Shown here in pieces: positions 19,705 to 29,874 of a stretch of 37,582 bases of DNA. Numbering within the stretch: the stretch's first letter is position 1; the number at the start of each line of letters is the position of its first letter. The stretch is from Malassezia furfur (taxonomy: Eukaryota), in the NCBI GenBank assembly GCA_052055015.1, contig JBQJIT010000064.1. One strand, written 5' to 3'. The position numbers were made by a program, and so were the translations under genes. Below the pieces are notes generated by a model that was given only the letters and a program-made list of their open reading frames with translations, had not been told where the DNA came from and did no database searches.

Positions 19705-21732
19705 ATGCCGATGCCTGTATCGAAGAACCGCGTCGGTTTGGGACATGCGATCCTGAACCGGCGCGCGAAAGAGGTGCGCGAGCAGCCCAACTCCGAGTAC
19801 CACACCACCGACACGCATATCGGGCGCGGGAAGAACATGCGGCTGCACTCGGTCACGCACGAGGGCGACCTCGAGGACTTCCTCAACACCGCCGAGATGG
19901 CCGACGCCGACTTCACCGCCGAGCGCCGCAGCAATATCCAGGTGATCTCGACCCCGAACGACTCGCGCACGCGGCACAACCCCTACCTGCTGACGTCGCA
20001 GCAGGAAGCACAGGTGCTGCAGTCGCACCGCCAGAACCGCGACCGCCTGCGTGTGCCGCGCCGCCCGCCGTGGGACGCGCACACGACGCCCGCACAGCTC
20101 GAGCGCAGGGAGAAGGACTCGTTCCTCGAGTGGCGCCGCGGCCTCGCCGAGCTTCAGGACGGGATCGGGCTGGTACTGACGCCGTTCGAGCGCAACATCG
20201 AGGTGTGGCGCCAGCTTTGGCGTGTCGTGGAGCGCAGCCAGCTGCTTGTACAGATCGTGGATGCGCGCAACCCACTGCGCTTCCGCTGTGAGGATTTGGA
20301 ACGCTACGTTGCGTCGATACCCGCCAACCCAGCCGACATGGCCGCCGTCGCAGACGACCCGAGCTTCCGCGGGCCGCGCAAGACGCTGCTGCTGATCAAC
20401 AAGGCCGACCTGCTCACCGAGGACCAGCGCCGCGCATGGGCCAACTACTTCACCGAGCTCGGCGTGACCTTTGCGTTCTTCAGCGCCGCGGACGAAGCCG
20501 CCAAGCAGCTTGCCAAGGCCCAGCGCGACGCGCAGTTTGCGGCCGCAAAGGAGGACGAGGAGCACGCAAAACACGAGGCAGAGGCAGACGATGCAGCCGA
20601 CGATGCGCCTTCTGCCGCCGACGACGCGGCCGACGCACCGGTCCAGGCACGTACGCCCGACGTCGGTGACGCAGCGGGCGCCGCCACCGACGGTGCCGAT
20701 GCCACGGCCGATGCCTCTCATGTGCCCGACGCGGACGAAGACCCCGCGCACGCCGCGCCGGTGGGCTCGCTCTCGCTCGCCGACCGCGACCCCGCGCGCA
20801 TCCTCAACGTGCTCGAGCTCGAAGACCTGTTTGTGGAGGTGGCGCCGGACCTGTCCCTGTTTGCGCGTGACGCCAGCGCCGAGGACCCCGGCGTGCCCGA
20901 GAAGCTCACTGTGGGCTTGGTCGGCTACCCCAACGTGGGTAAGTCGTCGACCATCAACGCGCTGCTGGGCGAGAAGAAGGTGTCGGTCAGCGCGACGCCG
21001 GGCAAGACGAAGCACTTCCAGACCATCCACCTGTCGCCCACGACCATCCTGTGCGACTGCCCCGGTCTGGTGTTCCCGCAGTTCACCACGACGCCGGCAG
21101 ATCTTGTGTGCGACGGCATTTTGCCCATCGACCAGATGCGCGAGTACACGGGCCCGGCCGAGCTGGTGGCGCAGCGCATCCCCAAGGACATCATCGAGGC
21201 GGTGTACAACATCCATATCCCCACGGTCAGCGAGGACGAGGGCGGCACCGGCGTCCCGAGCGGGCTCGAGGTGCTGTCTGCATATGCGGTCGCACGCGGC
21301 TTCGTGCGCCAGGGCCAGGGGAATCCAGACGAGTCACGCGCAGCTCGCTATGTACTCAAGGACTACAACAACGCGCGTCTGCTGTTTGCGCACCCGCCGC
21401 CGGGCGTGGACGCGGACGTATTCAACGCCGCGTCGCGCGAGCAGATCCGCGCACACTACGCGGGCCGGCGCATCCACGCGCAGCCGGAGCCGGCCGCTGA
21501 CCCGCGCGACCGGCCGGTGACCGCGTCGCAGTCCAAGACGGGCTCGGTCGACAACGCCTTCTTTGGCGGCGGTCCGTCGGCGGCAATGAAGATCATGGGC
21601 CGCCGCCATCTGCCCGGTGTCGGCCGTGTGAACCCGGATGGGACGGTGAGCGAGACGCTCAAGGGCAGCTCCAAGAAGCACCACAAGGGCAACAAGCGCA
21701 CCAAGCAGCGCTCGGGCGCTGGCTATGCCTAA
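19705..21732 (+). CDS. LSG1: Large subunit GTPase 1 (circularly permuted GTPase)
   Basis: TPFERNIEVWRQLWRVVERS, QIVDARNPL, NKADLL (G4), GYPNVGKSS (G1), TPGKTKHFQT, DCPGLVFP and PDESRAARYVLKDY. ATG at 19705 (or 19711). Confidence 0.96.
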   Translation: MPMPVSKNRVGLGHAILNRRAKEVREQPNSEYHTTDTHIGRGKNMRLHSVTHEGDLEDFLNTAEMADADFTAERRSNIQVISTPNDSRTRHNPYLLTSQQEAQVLQSHRQNRDRLRVPRRPPWDAHTTPAQLERREKDSFLEWRRGLAELQDGIGLVLTPFERNIEVWRQLWRVVERSQLLVQIVDARNPLRFRCEDLERYVASIPANPADMAAVADDPSFRGPRKTLLLINKADLLTEDQRRAWANYFTELGVTFAFFSAADEAAKQLAKAQRDAQFAAAKEDEEHAKHEAEADDAADDAPSAADDAADAPVQARTPDVGDAAGAATDGADATADASHVPDADEDPAHAAPVGSLSLADRDPARILNVLELEDLFVEVAPDLSLFARDASAEDPGVPEKLTVGLVGYPNVGKSSTINALLGEKKVSVSATPGKTKHFQTIHLSPTTILCDCPGLVFPQFTTTPADLVCDGILPIDQMREYTGPAELVAQRIPKDIIEAVYNIHIPTVSEDEGGTGVPSGLEVLSAYAVARGFVRQGQGNPDESRAARYVLKDYNNARLLFAHPPPGVDADVFNAASREQIRAHYAGRRIHAQPEPAADPRDRPVTASQSKTGSVDNAFFGGGPSAAMKIMGRRHLPGVGRVNPDGTVSETLKGSSKKHHKGNKRTKQRSGAGYA

Positions 21733-21776
21733 AATACGTAGTGGAGGTAGGCCCCTGCACCCGACGCCGCTTTCCG

Positions 21777-23615
21777 ATGCCCCCTGCGCACTTGCCGTGC
21801 GTGGGCCGTGCGGCGCACTTCACGAGCCTCGCAGCGCTCGATGCGGCGCACGACGAAACGAAGCAGGCGCCGCGCCCGTCTGCTGTGCCGCTGCGCACGC
21901 TCGGCGACCGCCCACGCCTGCTCGTCTGCCACGACTTCCAGGGCGGCTATGCCGAAGACGCACACGCACAGGGCTACACGTTTGAGCACTGGGCTTATAC
22001 CGACCTCTTTGTATACTTTTCGCACCAGCGCGTCTCACCGCCGCCCGACGCCTACGTGTTCGCCGCGCACCGCCATGGGACACACATTCTCGGCACGCTC
22101 ATTTTCGAGTGGGACGAGGCGCGCCCAGATCTGCGCCGCCTGCTTGACGGCCCGAATCCGCGCCGCGCGCACATCCGTGAGCCACTGTCGCGGCACTATG
22201 CAGATGCACTCATTGACCTCGCAAGCGCGCGCGGATTCGACGGCTACCTCATCAATGTCGAAGTTTCGCTCGACGTGCGCGAGGGCGACAATGAGTACCT
22301 GCGCAGGTCAGACGCGATGCACAACGCCGCGCGGATGCGGCAGTGGGTCGCGTACCTGCGCGCCGAGGGGGCACGCAGGCTTCCACACTGGCACGTCGTC
22401 TGGTACGACTCGGTGACCTACCCCCATGGCCAGCTTGCGTGGCAGGATGTGATGAGCCCCGCCAACGCGCCCTTCTTCCGTGCCGCCCAAGCCGGTTTCA
22501 CCAACTACACCTGGGTCAGCAAGGACTGCGACTACACCCAGCCGCACGCGGCACTGCAGGCCAGTGCGCGCACGGCCGATGCGCTGCAGTTTCCGCGCTC
22601 AAGCGTCTACACGGGGATCGACGTGTTTGGGCGCAACTGTTTCGGGGGGCACGACACCTGGAAGGCACTCGAGATGATCGGGCCCAAACGTCTGCGCGAC
22701 GACGCTCGGCACCTCGGCCTCAGCATCGCGCTCTTTGCGCCGGGTTGGACGTGGGAGCACAACGCGCCGCAACAAGGCGCACGGACATGGGACGACTGGT
22801 GGGCCGACGACTGCCGGCTGTGGCTCGAAGGCCCGCGCGCAATCGCGCGCCACTTTGCACCGCAGCCCGTGCGCTTTGTCGGGCAGTTCCGTACGAATTT
22901 TGCCATCGGTGCGGGACATGCGTGGTTTGTGCGTGGCGAGCAGGTGGATGCCAGCGCATGGACCGACGAAAGCGTCAGTGCGCCCAAACCTGATCTCGCG
23001 TGGCCAAGTGTACAGTACGTGTGCGATGCACAGGGTGAGCGCATCAATGTGCGCATCACAACGTCACTGGTGCCCGCGGCATGGAGCGGCAACGTGGCGC
23101 TCCGAGTGGCCCTGCCACGCGACGCACGGGCTCTGTGTATTCCTCTGCTGGCCCTCGACGTGTCCAAAGCGTATGCAGAGGCGACGGTGCGCGTGTATGT
23201 ATATGGCGCGGTGCCGGTGCGTGTGTGCCTCCTCTCCCCCACGCTGACGCTCCTTGCGAGCGACGAGCAGCCCGGGCCGAACGGATGGCGGCGCTACACT
23301 GCTAGGACTGCGCTGCCTGTTGGCGTCGTGCACCTCGGATTTGCGGCACAGACCGATGCCGCCGTCGAGCTGCGCATTGGGCAGGTCGACGTCGAGGCGG
23401 CACCAGCCGACGAAGTGTACGAGGCGACGCGCACCGGTGATGCAGCGCAATGGCCCGCATTCTCGTCCGAGGGGTATGAGCTATTTTCGCTAGGAGACGA
23501 GTCGGCGTGGCTCGGTACGGTACATGCACCGTCTGCTGTCCTCCCAGCCGGCATGGGGATGGTCGAAGTGCGCCGCATCGGTGCGTGGACAGAAGAGTCA
23601 GTAGCCTACGCTTAG
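21777..23615 (+). CDS. Cytosolic endo-beta-N-acetylglucosaminidase (ENGase, GH85)
   Basis: LLVCHDFQGGY, FVYFSHQRV, AHRHG..LGTLIFEW, catalytic GFDGYLINVE, VWYDSV, FTNYTW, GIDVFGR and SIALFAPGWTWE. No signal peptide is evident. Confidence 0.93.
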   Translation: MPPAHLPCVGRAAHFTSLAALDAAHDETKQAPRPSAVPLRTLGDRPRLLVCHDFQGGYAEDAHAQGYTFEHWAYTDLFVYFSHQRVSPPPDAYVFAAHRHGTHILGTLIFEWDEARPDLRRLLDGPNPRRAHIREPLSRHYADALIDLASARGFDGYLINVEVSLDVREGDNEYLRRSDAMHNAARMRQWVAYLRAEGARRLPHWHVVWYDSVTYPHGQLAWQDVMSPANAPFFRAAQAGFTNYTWVSKDCDYTQPHAALQASARTADALQFPRSSVYTGIDVFGRNCFGGHDTWKALEMIGPKRLRDDARHLGLSIALFAPGWTWEHNAPQQGARTWDDWWADDCRLWLEGPRAIARHFAPQPVRFVGQFRTNFAIGAGHAWFVRGEQVDASAWTDESVSAPKPDLAWPSVQYVCDAQGERINVRITTSLVPAAWSGNVALRVALPRDARALCIPLLALDVSKAYAEATVRVYVYGAVPVRVCLLSPTLTLLASDEQPGPNGWRRYTARTALPVGVVHLGFAAQTDAAVELRIGQVDVEAAPADEVYEATRTGDAAQWPAFSSEGYELFSLGDESAWLGTVHAPSAVLPAGMGMVEVRRIGAWTEESVAYA

Positions 23616-25201
23616 CTGGACACTGTCTTGGCGCGCTTGGCCTTTTTCTTCGCCGGCTCGCTAGGTGCGCGCACAAAACAGCACACAAAGAATCCATTGG
23701 AGGCCTCAACGTGCACGGTGCCGGGCGGGACGTCGACGGCACCGCCGGGTGTACACCGCACCATAGACTCTGCGCGAACCTCGTCGCCCCCACACGCCGC
23801 GGGGCGTCCGCGCTCAGGCCACGTCGGCAGCACGTCGGATCGCGGTGCCAAGCGCCAGCGACCTTGCTTCGCCTCGTCGGATGCAAGTACTTTGCATACC
23901 ACTGCCTCGTTCTCTTCCTCATGGATCGAGCACGTCGAGTACGTGAAGCGCTCCAGACCCGGAAACGTCATCGCATGCCGGATCATGTGCTCCTGGAGCG
24001 AGGCCAAATTGGCGAGGCGTGTCGCAAGCGCACTGCCCTTTTCGACGGGGTCGACCTCTTCCACATTGTCTTGCTCGTCGTCCTTGCCTGAGAGATAGTC
24101 TAATCGGTTCACGATTCCGCTGCCCGAGCAACTGGGGTCCAACAGCATGTACTGGATCGCGCCTTGCTCGCTCGGCTCCAACGAGAGAAAATCCAGCTTC
24201 TTGGGATACACGTTGCCATGTTCGCGCGCAAGGCATCCCGCGCGGCTCAGCATGCGCACAAGCGTCGCATACCGCTGCGGCGCACGTTCCAAAGCCGTCA
24301 ACTGCGTCAGTCTCGTTCACGCACCGATCCACGGCCCTGCATCAGCGCACTTAGGTGGCTCGTCTTGTTCCCTGGCGCAGACGTCGCGTCCATCGCCGTC
24401 ACTTCGGTGGCCCCATCGCGCAACGGGTTGAGCACCGCCGCGGGGAAGCAGCTTGCTAGGTCCTGCAAGATCAGCGTGCCGTTCTTGTACAGCTCCGTTT
24501 GCATCAGACGCGTCGTCGCCTGGGGATGGAACGCGAAAACATGGTCCACATGGCGCGACCGGACAAACACAGATCTGCGTTAGTCGTCCAACGTACTCTT
24601 TCTCAATGGTGTCCGTCTCCTCCAATGTCCATCCCTGCTCCGTCAGCGCTTGAATAACGTCGACCGGCGTCGCGCGCAGCGTATTTACACGGCACCAGCG
24701 GGGTATACGCGCCGCGATGCGGCGTTCTTCGGCGCCACTGCGCAGTTCCTCGGGATGTGACTTGCCCATCCTCAACTGGATACGCACAAGCTCGGCATGG
24801 AGCTGCGACCGGTGCCGCTCCAGGCGCTCGCGCGGCGGCCAAGCCTTGGCGGCCTGGATGCCGCGTGAGGCAAATAGCAGGTCATGCACGAGTACGAGCA
24901 AGATGCATGAGGCCAATGTGGGGGCAGGAGGAGGCAGCGCGCCCTTGGTACGGTTCAGCGGGCTCGCTGGCCCGAACCACTTGGGCTCGCGCGCCGCGAT
25001 GTCGACCTTGGCCAGGATGATCTGCAGCGTCGTCCGAAACGAGAGCGTGTTTACGACGAGCGCCAGGATGCGCTTTGCATTGCCTGCTGCGCGTGCATCG
25101 TCCTTTCCTTCGCCTACCTTGGCGGTGATGGCCTTGATGGAGCCGCGGCGTGCAAGAATGTCCTGCAGCGCACGGCCCGCTTGCACGTAAAAATCGGCCA
25201 T
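23612..25201 (-). CDS. RCM1: 25S rRNA m5C methyltransferase (NSUN5/Rcm1 family). Exons 25201-24597, 24574-24325, 24301-23612
   Basis: [44 protein letters not shown] and [12 protein letters not shown]. Introns 24575-24596 (22 nt, GACTAAC branch) and 24302-24324 (23 nt). Confidence 0.92.
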
Positions 25202-25259
25202 GCTGGACGTGCGCCGAAAAAAGCGATCGGGCCCCGATCGTGGGTCGCACGACACGTCG

Positions 25260-26550
25260 ATGGTGGTGGATACCAAGTTGTACGACGTGCTGGGCGTCGC
25301 GCCCGACGCGACCGACGCCGAAATCAAGAAGGCATACAAGAAGCAGTCGCTTGCGAATCACCCGGACAAAAACCCCGGCGATGAGAACGCGCAAGTGCGC
25401 TTCCAGGAGGTCTCCGCGGCCTACGAAACGCTCTCGGACCCCGACGAGCGCGCCGCATACGACCGCTACGGCGAGGGTGGCGACCCGCGCGGCGGTGCGC
25501 CGGACATGGACGACATTTTTGGTATGTTTTGCGGCTGACGCAGCGTCGATGTTTGGCGGTCCCTCGTTTGGATTCGGCGGTCCTCCGCCGCCACGCCGTG
25601 CGCAAGACGCCGTTATTCCCTACACGGTCTCGCTCGAGGACCTGTTCAATGGCAAGACGGCACACTTTGCGCTTGAAAAGAACGTGGTGTGCTCGCACTG
25701 CCACGGCACAGGCGGCAAGCCCGGGATGCAGCCAAAAGACTGTGTGACGTGCGGCGGCAAAGGCCGCGTGCTTGAGCAGCGGCAAGCCGGGAATGGCATG
25801 ATTGCGCAAAGCATGGCCCAGTGCAGTGAGTGCAAGGGAACCGGCAAAAAGTTCCGCGAGAAGGAGGCGTGCAAGAAGTGCAAGGGCAACCGCACGGTCC
25901 CGGTCAAGACGCGTCTGCGCCTCGAGATCCCGCGCGGCGCGTACGACGGGCAGCATATCGTCTTTGAGGGCGAGGGCGATCAGCTGGTATGTGCACTCTA
26001 CTTACGCAGCCGGACACGAAACCCGCGTCGGTGATTTTCGAGCTGAAGCAGACGCCGCATGCGTCGTTCGAGGTGCGCGGCATCGACCTGAGCGCAACGG
26101 TGCGCATCAACCTGCTCGAGGCACTGCAGGGCTTCTCGCGCACCGTCCTGACGCACCTGGACGGCCGCCGTCTGCGTGTGACCAAGCAGCGCGGCGATGT
26201 CGTCCGGCCTGGCACCGTGGACGTTGTGCGCGGGGAGGGAATGTACGACCCGCGTATGCGTGACCGCCGCGGCGATCTCTATCTCAAGTACGAGATCGAG
26301 TTCCCGTCAAACGAGTGGGCTCGCACGGTGGACGAAACGGTATGCATGATGACTGACACAGGCGTTGCGCGAATTGCTGCCGCCCAAACGCGAGGACCTG
26401 CCCGAGGAAGAGGACGTCGTGGTGGACGATATCCGTGCCACCGCGGGCAACCTGTCCGAATTCGGCGCCAACGACCGGATGCGTGCGCCCGAGGAGGACA
26501 CGTACGACAACCCGGGTGGAGAGCCCAACGTCCAGTGCGCTCCGCAGTAG
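25260..26550 (+). CDS. Type I Hsp40/DnaJ co-chaperone (Ydj1/Xdj1-like). Exons 25260-25521, 25544-25986, 26010-26339, 26362-26550
   Basis: J domain with HPDKN, G/F region, four CxxCxGxG-type repeats, and C-terminal CaaX (VQCAPQ). Introns 25522-25543 (22 nt), 25987-26009 (23 nt) and 26340-26361 (22 nt) each restore the frame. Confidence 0.93.
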
Positions 26551-26615
26551 GCAGACCTCCACATTCCAAAAACGCACCCAGACTAGTCATAGCGCACACG
26601 TTATCGAGCATTATC

Positions 26616-28052
26616 ATGGGTGAAGACTTTACGAAGAAGAAGCTCTGGGGCGGCCGCTTCACGGGCGAGACCGACCCCGTGATGCATGCATTCAACGAGT
26701 CGCTCTCGTATGACAAGCGCATGTGGGCGCAGGACATCCGCGGCTCGCAAGCGTACGCGAAGGCGCTCGTTGGCTGCAAGGTGCTTACGGCGGAAGAGGC
26801 CCAGACCATCTGTGATGGACTCACCAAGGTCGGCGAGGAGTGGCGCACAAACTCGTTCCAGGCGCAGCCCGAGGACGAGGACATCCACACGGCGAACGAG
26901 CGCCGGCTCAAGGAGCTGATCGGGCCTGTTGCCGGTAAGCTGCACACGGGCCGCAGCCGCAACGACCAGGTCGCGACGGACATGCGTCTGTGGCTGCTGG
27001 ATGAGCTGGACGAACTCGAGTCGCTCGCGACCGAGCTCGTTCATGTCATGGCCAAGCGCGCGCGAGAGGAGGTCGACGTGCTCATGCCTGGCTATACGCA
27101 TCTGCAGCGTGCGCAGCCGATCCGCTGGTCGCACCTGCTCCTGTCGCATGCAACCTACTTTGCATACGACGTGGAGCGCCTGCGTGCGCTGCGTGCGCGT
27201 GTGTCGATGCTGCCGCTCGGTGCGGGGCCGCTGGCCGGCAATCCGTTCGCTGGCCTGGACCGTGCGGCGCTCGCCAAGGACCTCGGCTTCCAGACTGTGG
27301 GCCCCAACAGTATGCACAGCGTTGCTGATCGCGACTTTGTGATTGAGACGCTGATGTGGTGCTCGCTCTTCTCTGTGCACGCGAGCAAGATTGCCGAGGA
27401 CTTGATCATCTACTCGAGTGCCGAGTTCGGTTTCGTGCAACTCAGTGACGCATACAGCACGGGCTCTTCGATCATGCCGCAAAAGAAGAACCCCGACAGC
27501 CTCGAGCTGCTGCGTGGAAAGAGCGGTCGCTTGTTTGGCAACCTGTCGGGCTTTATGATGTCGCTCAAGGGTATCCCGTCTACGTACAACAAGGATCTGC
27601 AGGAGGACAAGGAGCCCATGTTTGACTCGGTCGACACAGCGCTCGCTTGCATCAAGATCCTGACAGGCGTGGTGAGCACCATGTCGGTACGTAACTCACC
27701 CTCGGGCTGACGCAGATCAACGCGACCAAGATGCGCGCGGCACTGACGACTGACATGCTCGCGACCGACCTGGCTGACTACCTGGTCCGCAAAGGCGTAC
27801 GTCTCCATGCTCACCGCCCAGATTCCCTTCCGCGAGACGCACCACATTTCCGGGTCGGCCGTCAAGCTTGCCGAGGACCGCGGGTGCGAGCTGTCCGACC
27901 TGACGCTGGAGGATTTCCGCACGCTGCACCCTGCATTCGAGGCGGATGTGAAGGACGTGTGGGACCCCGAGCAGAGTGTCGAGCGCCGCAACGCGATCGG
28001 CGGCACGAGCCGCCGTGCGGTGCTCGAGCAGGTGGAGAAGCTGCTGGCCTGA
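26616..28052 (+). CDS. ARG4: Argininosuccinate lyase. Exons 26616-27686, 27716-27796, 27822-28052
   Basis: [54 protein letters not shown] and [16 protein letters not shown]. Introns 27687-27715 (29 nt) and 27797-27821 (25 nt). Confidence 0.97.
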
Positions 28053-28154
28053 GCGCGCGCGGTGCGCAGGCACAGCCACGTGGCGTACTCTCGAACGTTC
28101 GGAGGCCAAACACGTGGAACCCCGAATTCGCGCACAGCTTGTCTAGTAGACGTG

Positions 28155-29837
28155 ATGAAGTCGATCCAAGGAGTGACTGCGAGTGCTGTTGCCCTCATGG
28201 TGCTGGCGAGCGCGCCCGCTCCCGCCGCTGCGAAGCGGGAGGTGACGTTCGAGCCGAGCACCATCAAGGGCCTGTTCGTGGAGCAGTTTACTCCAGGCTG
28301 GGAGAAGCGCTGGTCCCCCTCGCGCTCGAGCAAGCTGCAGCGCGGTGAGGAGGAGTTCAAGTACGAGGGTGAGTGGCGCGTCGAGGAGCCGAACGTGTTC
28401 CCTGGTATCAAGGGAGACAAGGGTCTTGTGCTCAAGAGCAAGGCGAAGCAGCACGCGATCAGCACCAAGCTGGACGAGCCCATCACCTTTGATGGGACGA
28501 AGCCGTTCGTGGTGCAGTACGAGGTCAAGATGCAGAACGGTCTGTCGTGCGGTGGTGCATACATCAAGCTGCTGCGCGCCGGTGAGGGCGACATCAACGC
28601 CGAGGAGTTCTCGGACAAGACGCCGTACACGATCATGTTTGGCCCTGACCGCTGTGGTCCGACGAACAAGGTGCACTTTATCTTCCAGCACAAGAACCCC
28701 ATCACGGGCGAGTTTGAGGAGAAGCAGCTTGTGAGCACGCCCAACCCGCGTGTGTCGAAGACGACGACGCTGTACACGCTGCAGATCAACCCCGATAACA
28801 CCTTCTCGATCGCGTTGAACGAGGAGCCGAGCGTGAACGGCACGCTGTTCGACTCGTTCGAGCCGCCGGTGAACCCGCCCAAGATGATCGACGACCCGAA
28901 TGACTCGAAGCCCGCCGACTGGGTCGACGAGCCTGAGATCCCTGACCCCAAGGCGAAGAAGCCTGCGGACTGGGACGAGAATGCGCCGGCGATGATCCCT
29001 GACCCCAACGCGAAGAAGCCGACCGACTGGTACGAGGATGAGCCTGTGACGATCCCCGACCCTGCTGCGGAGAAGCCCGAGGAGTGGGACGACGAGGAGG
29101 ACGGCGAGTGGACGGCACCGATGGTGACCAACCCCCGCTGCCTGGACGCGGCGGGCTGCGGTGAGTGGACGCCTCCGATGATCTCGAACCCGGACTTCAA
29201 GGGCAAGTGGACGCCGCCGATGATCCCGAACCCCAAGTACAAGGGCGAGTGGGCGCCTCGCAAGATCCCGAACAAGAACTACTTCGTGGACGAGCACCCC
29301 AACCGGTTTGCGCCGATTGGCGGTCTCGGCTTCGAGCTGTGGTCGATGGACAACGACATCCTGTTCGACAACATCTACATTGGCAACGACCCCGCCGAGG
29401 CGCACGAGTTTGCGCGCGAGACGTTTAGCGTGAAGCTCCCGCTCGAGAAGGAGGTCGAGTCGGCGGACCTGCTCAACGACATTGAGTACGAGACGGGCCA
29501 CCGTTCGCTGCCCAACATCTTCGAGCGTGTCGTGTACCAGATCCGCCGCAAGACGGAGGTGATGATTGGACGCCTGCAGTACGAGCCGGACAAGCTCCGT
29601 GTGCTGCGCCAGTCGTACGTGATCGTCGCGTTCTGGGGCGCTGCCGTCGCATCGGTCCTGGGTCTGCTCGGCGTTCTGGGCTCGATGCTCAGCCGCCGCA
29701 GCGCGCCGCGCCCGGTCGCTCCCTCCAAGAAGCAGGATGAGCCGTCCACGGCCGCCACGGTCGACGCGACCGAGGCCAAGTCGACGGGCGTGCAGCAGGC
29801 CACCAAGGTGACCCGCCGCACCGCCGCGCAGGAGTAG
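28155..29837 (+). CDS. CNE1: Calnexin
   Basis: Signal peptide, [28 protein letters not shown]-domain repeats (IPDPxAxKPxDWDE; GxWxPPMIxNP), GFELWSM and a C-terminal TM helix. Confidence 0.96.
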   Translation: MKSIQGVTASAVALMVLASAPAPAAAKREVTFEPSTIKGLFVEQFTPGWEKRWSPSRSSKLQRGEEEFKYEGEWRVEEPNVFPGIKGDKGLVLKSKAKQHAISTKLDEPITFDGTKPFVVQYEVKMQNGLSCGGAYIKLLRAGEGDINAEEFSDKTPYTIMFGPDRCGPTNKVHFIFQHKNPITGEFEEKQLVSTPNPRVSKTTTLYTLQINPDNTFSIALNEEPSVNGTLFDSFEPPVNPPKMIDDPNDSKPADWVDEPEIPDPKAKKPADWDENAPAMIPDPNAKKPTDWYEDEPVTIPDPAAEKPEEWDDEEDGEWTAPMVTNPRCLDAAGCGEWTPPMISNPDFKGKWTPPMIPNPKYKGEWAPRKIPNKNYFVDEHPNRFAPIGGLGFELWSMDNDILFDNIYIGNDPAEAHEFARETFSVKLPLEKEVESADLLNDIEYETGHRSLPNIFERVVYQIRRKTEVMIGRLQYEPDKLRVLRQSYVIVAFWGAAVASVLGLLGVLGSMLSRRSAPRPVAPSKKQDEPSTAATVDATEAKSTGVQQATKVTRRTAAQE

Positions 29838-29874
29838 GAAGATTGTAGCACGTGACCGCTCACGTCCGACCAAC

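Noticed and set aside
20651..20674. Possible extra 24-nt in-frame intron in LSG1 (GTACGC...GGTGACGCAG)
   Set aside because: The branch-like GGTGAC lacks the otherwise invariant CT, the frame is open, and the region is low-complexity. It is not supportable without RNA data.
23015..23033. Possible 19-nt intron in ENGase (GTACGT...GCACAG)
   Set aside because: There is no branch motif, and removal would frameshift an intact ORF.
25989..27710. Apparent DnaJ-ARG4 fusion ORF of 573 aa
   Set aside because: It is an artefact of reading through the 22-nt intron 26340-26361. Spliced DnaJ ends in CAPQ-stop at 26550, and ARG4 has its own ATG at 26616.
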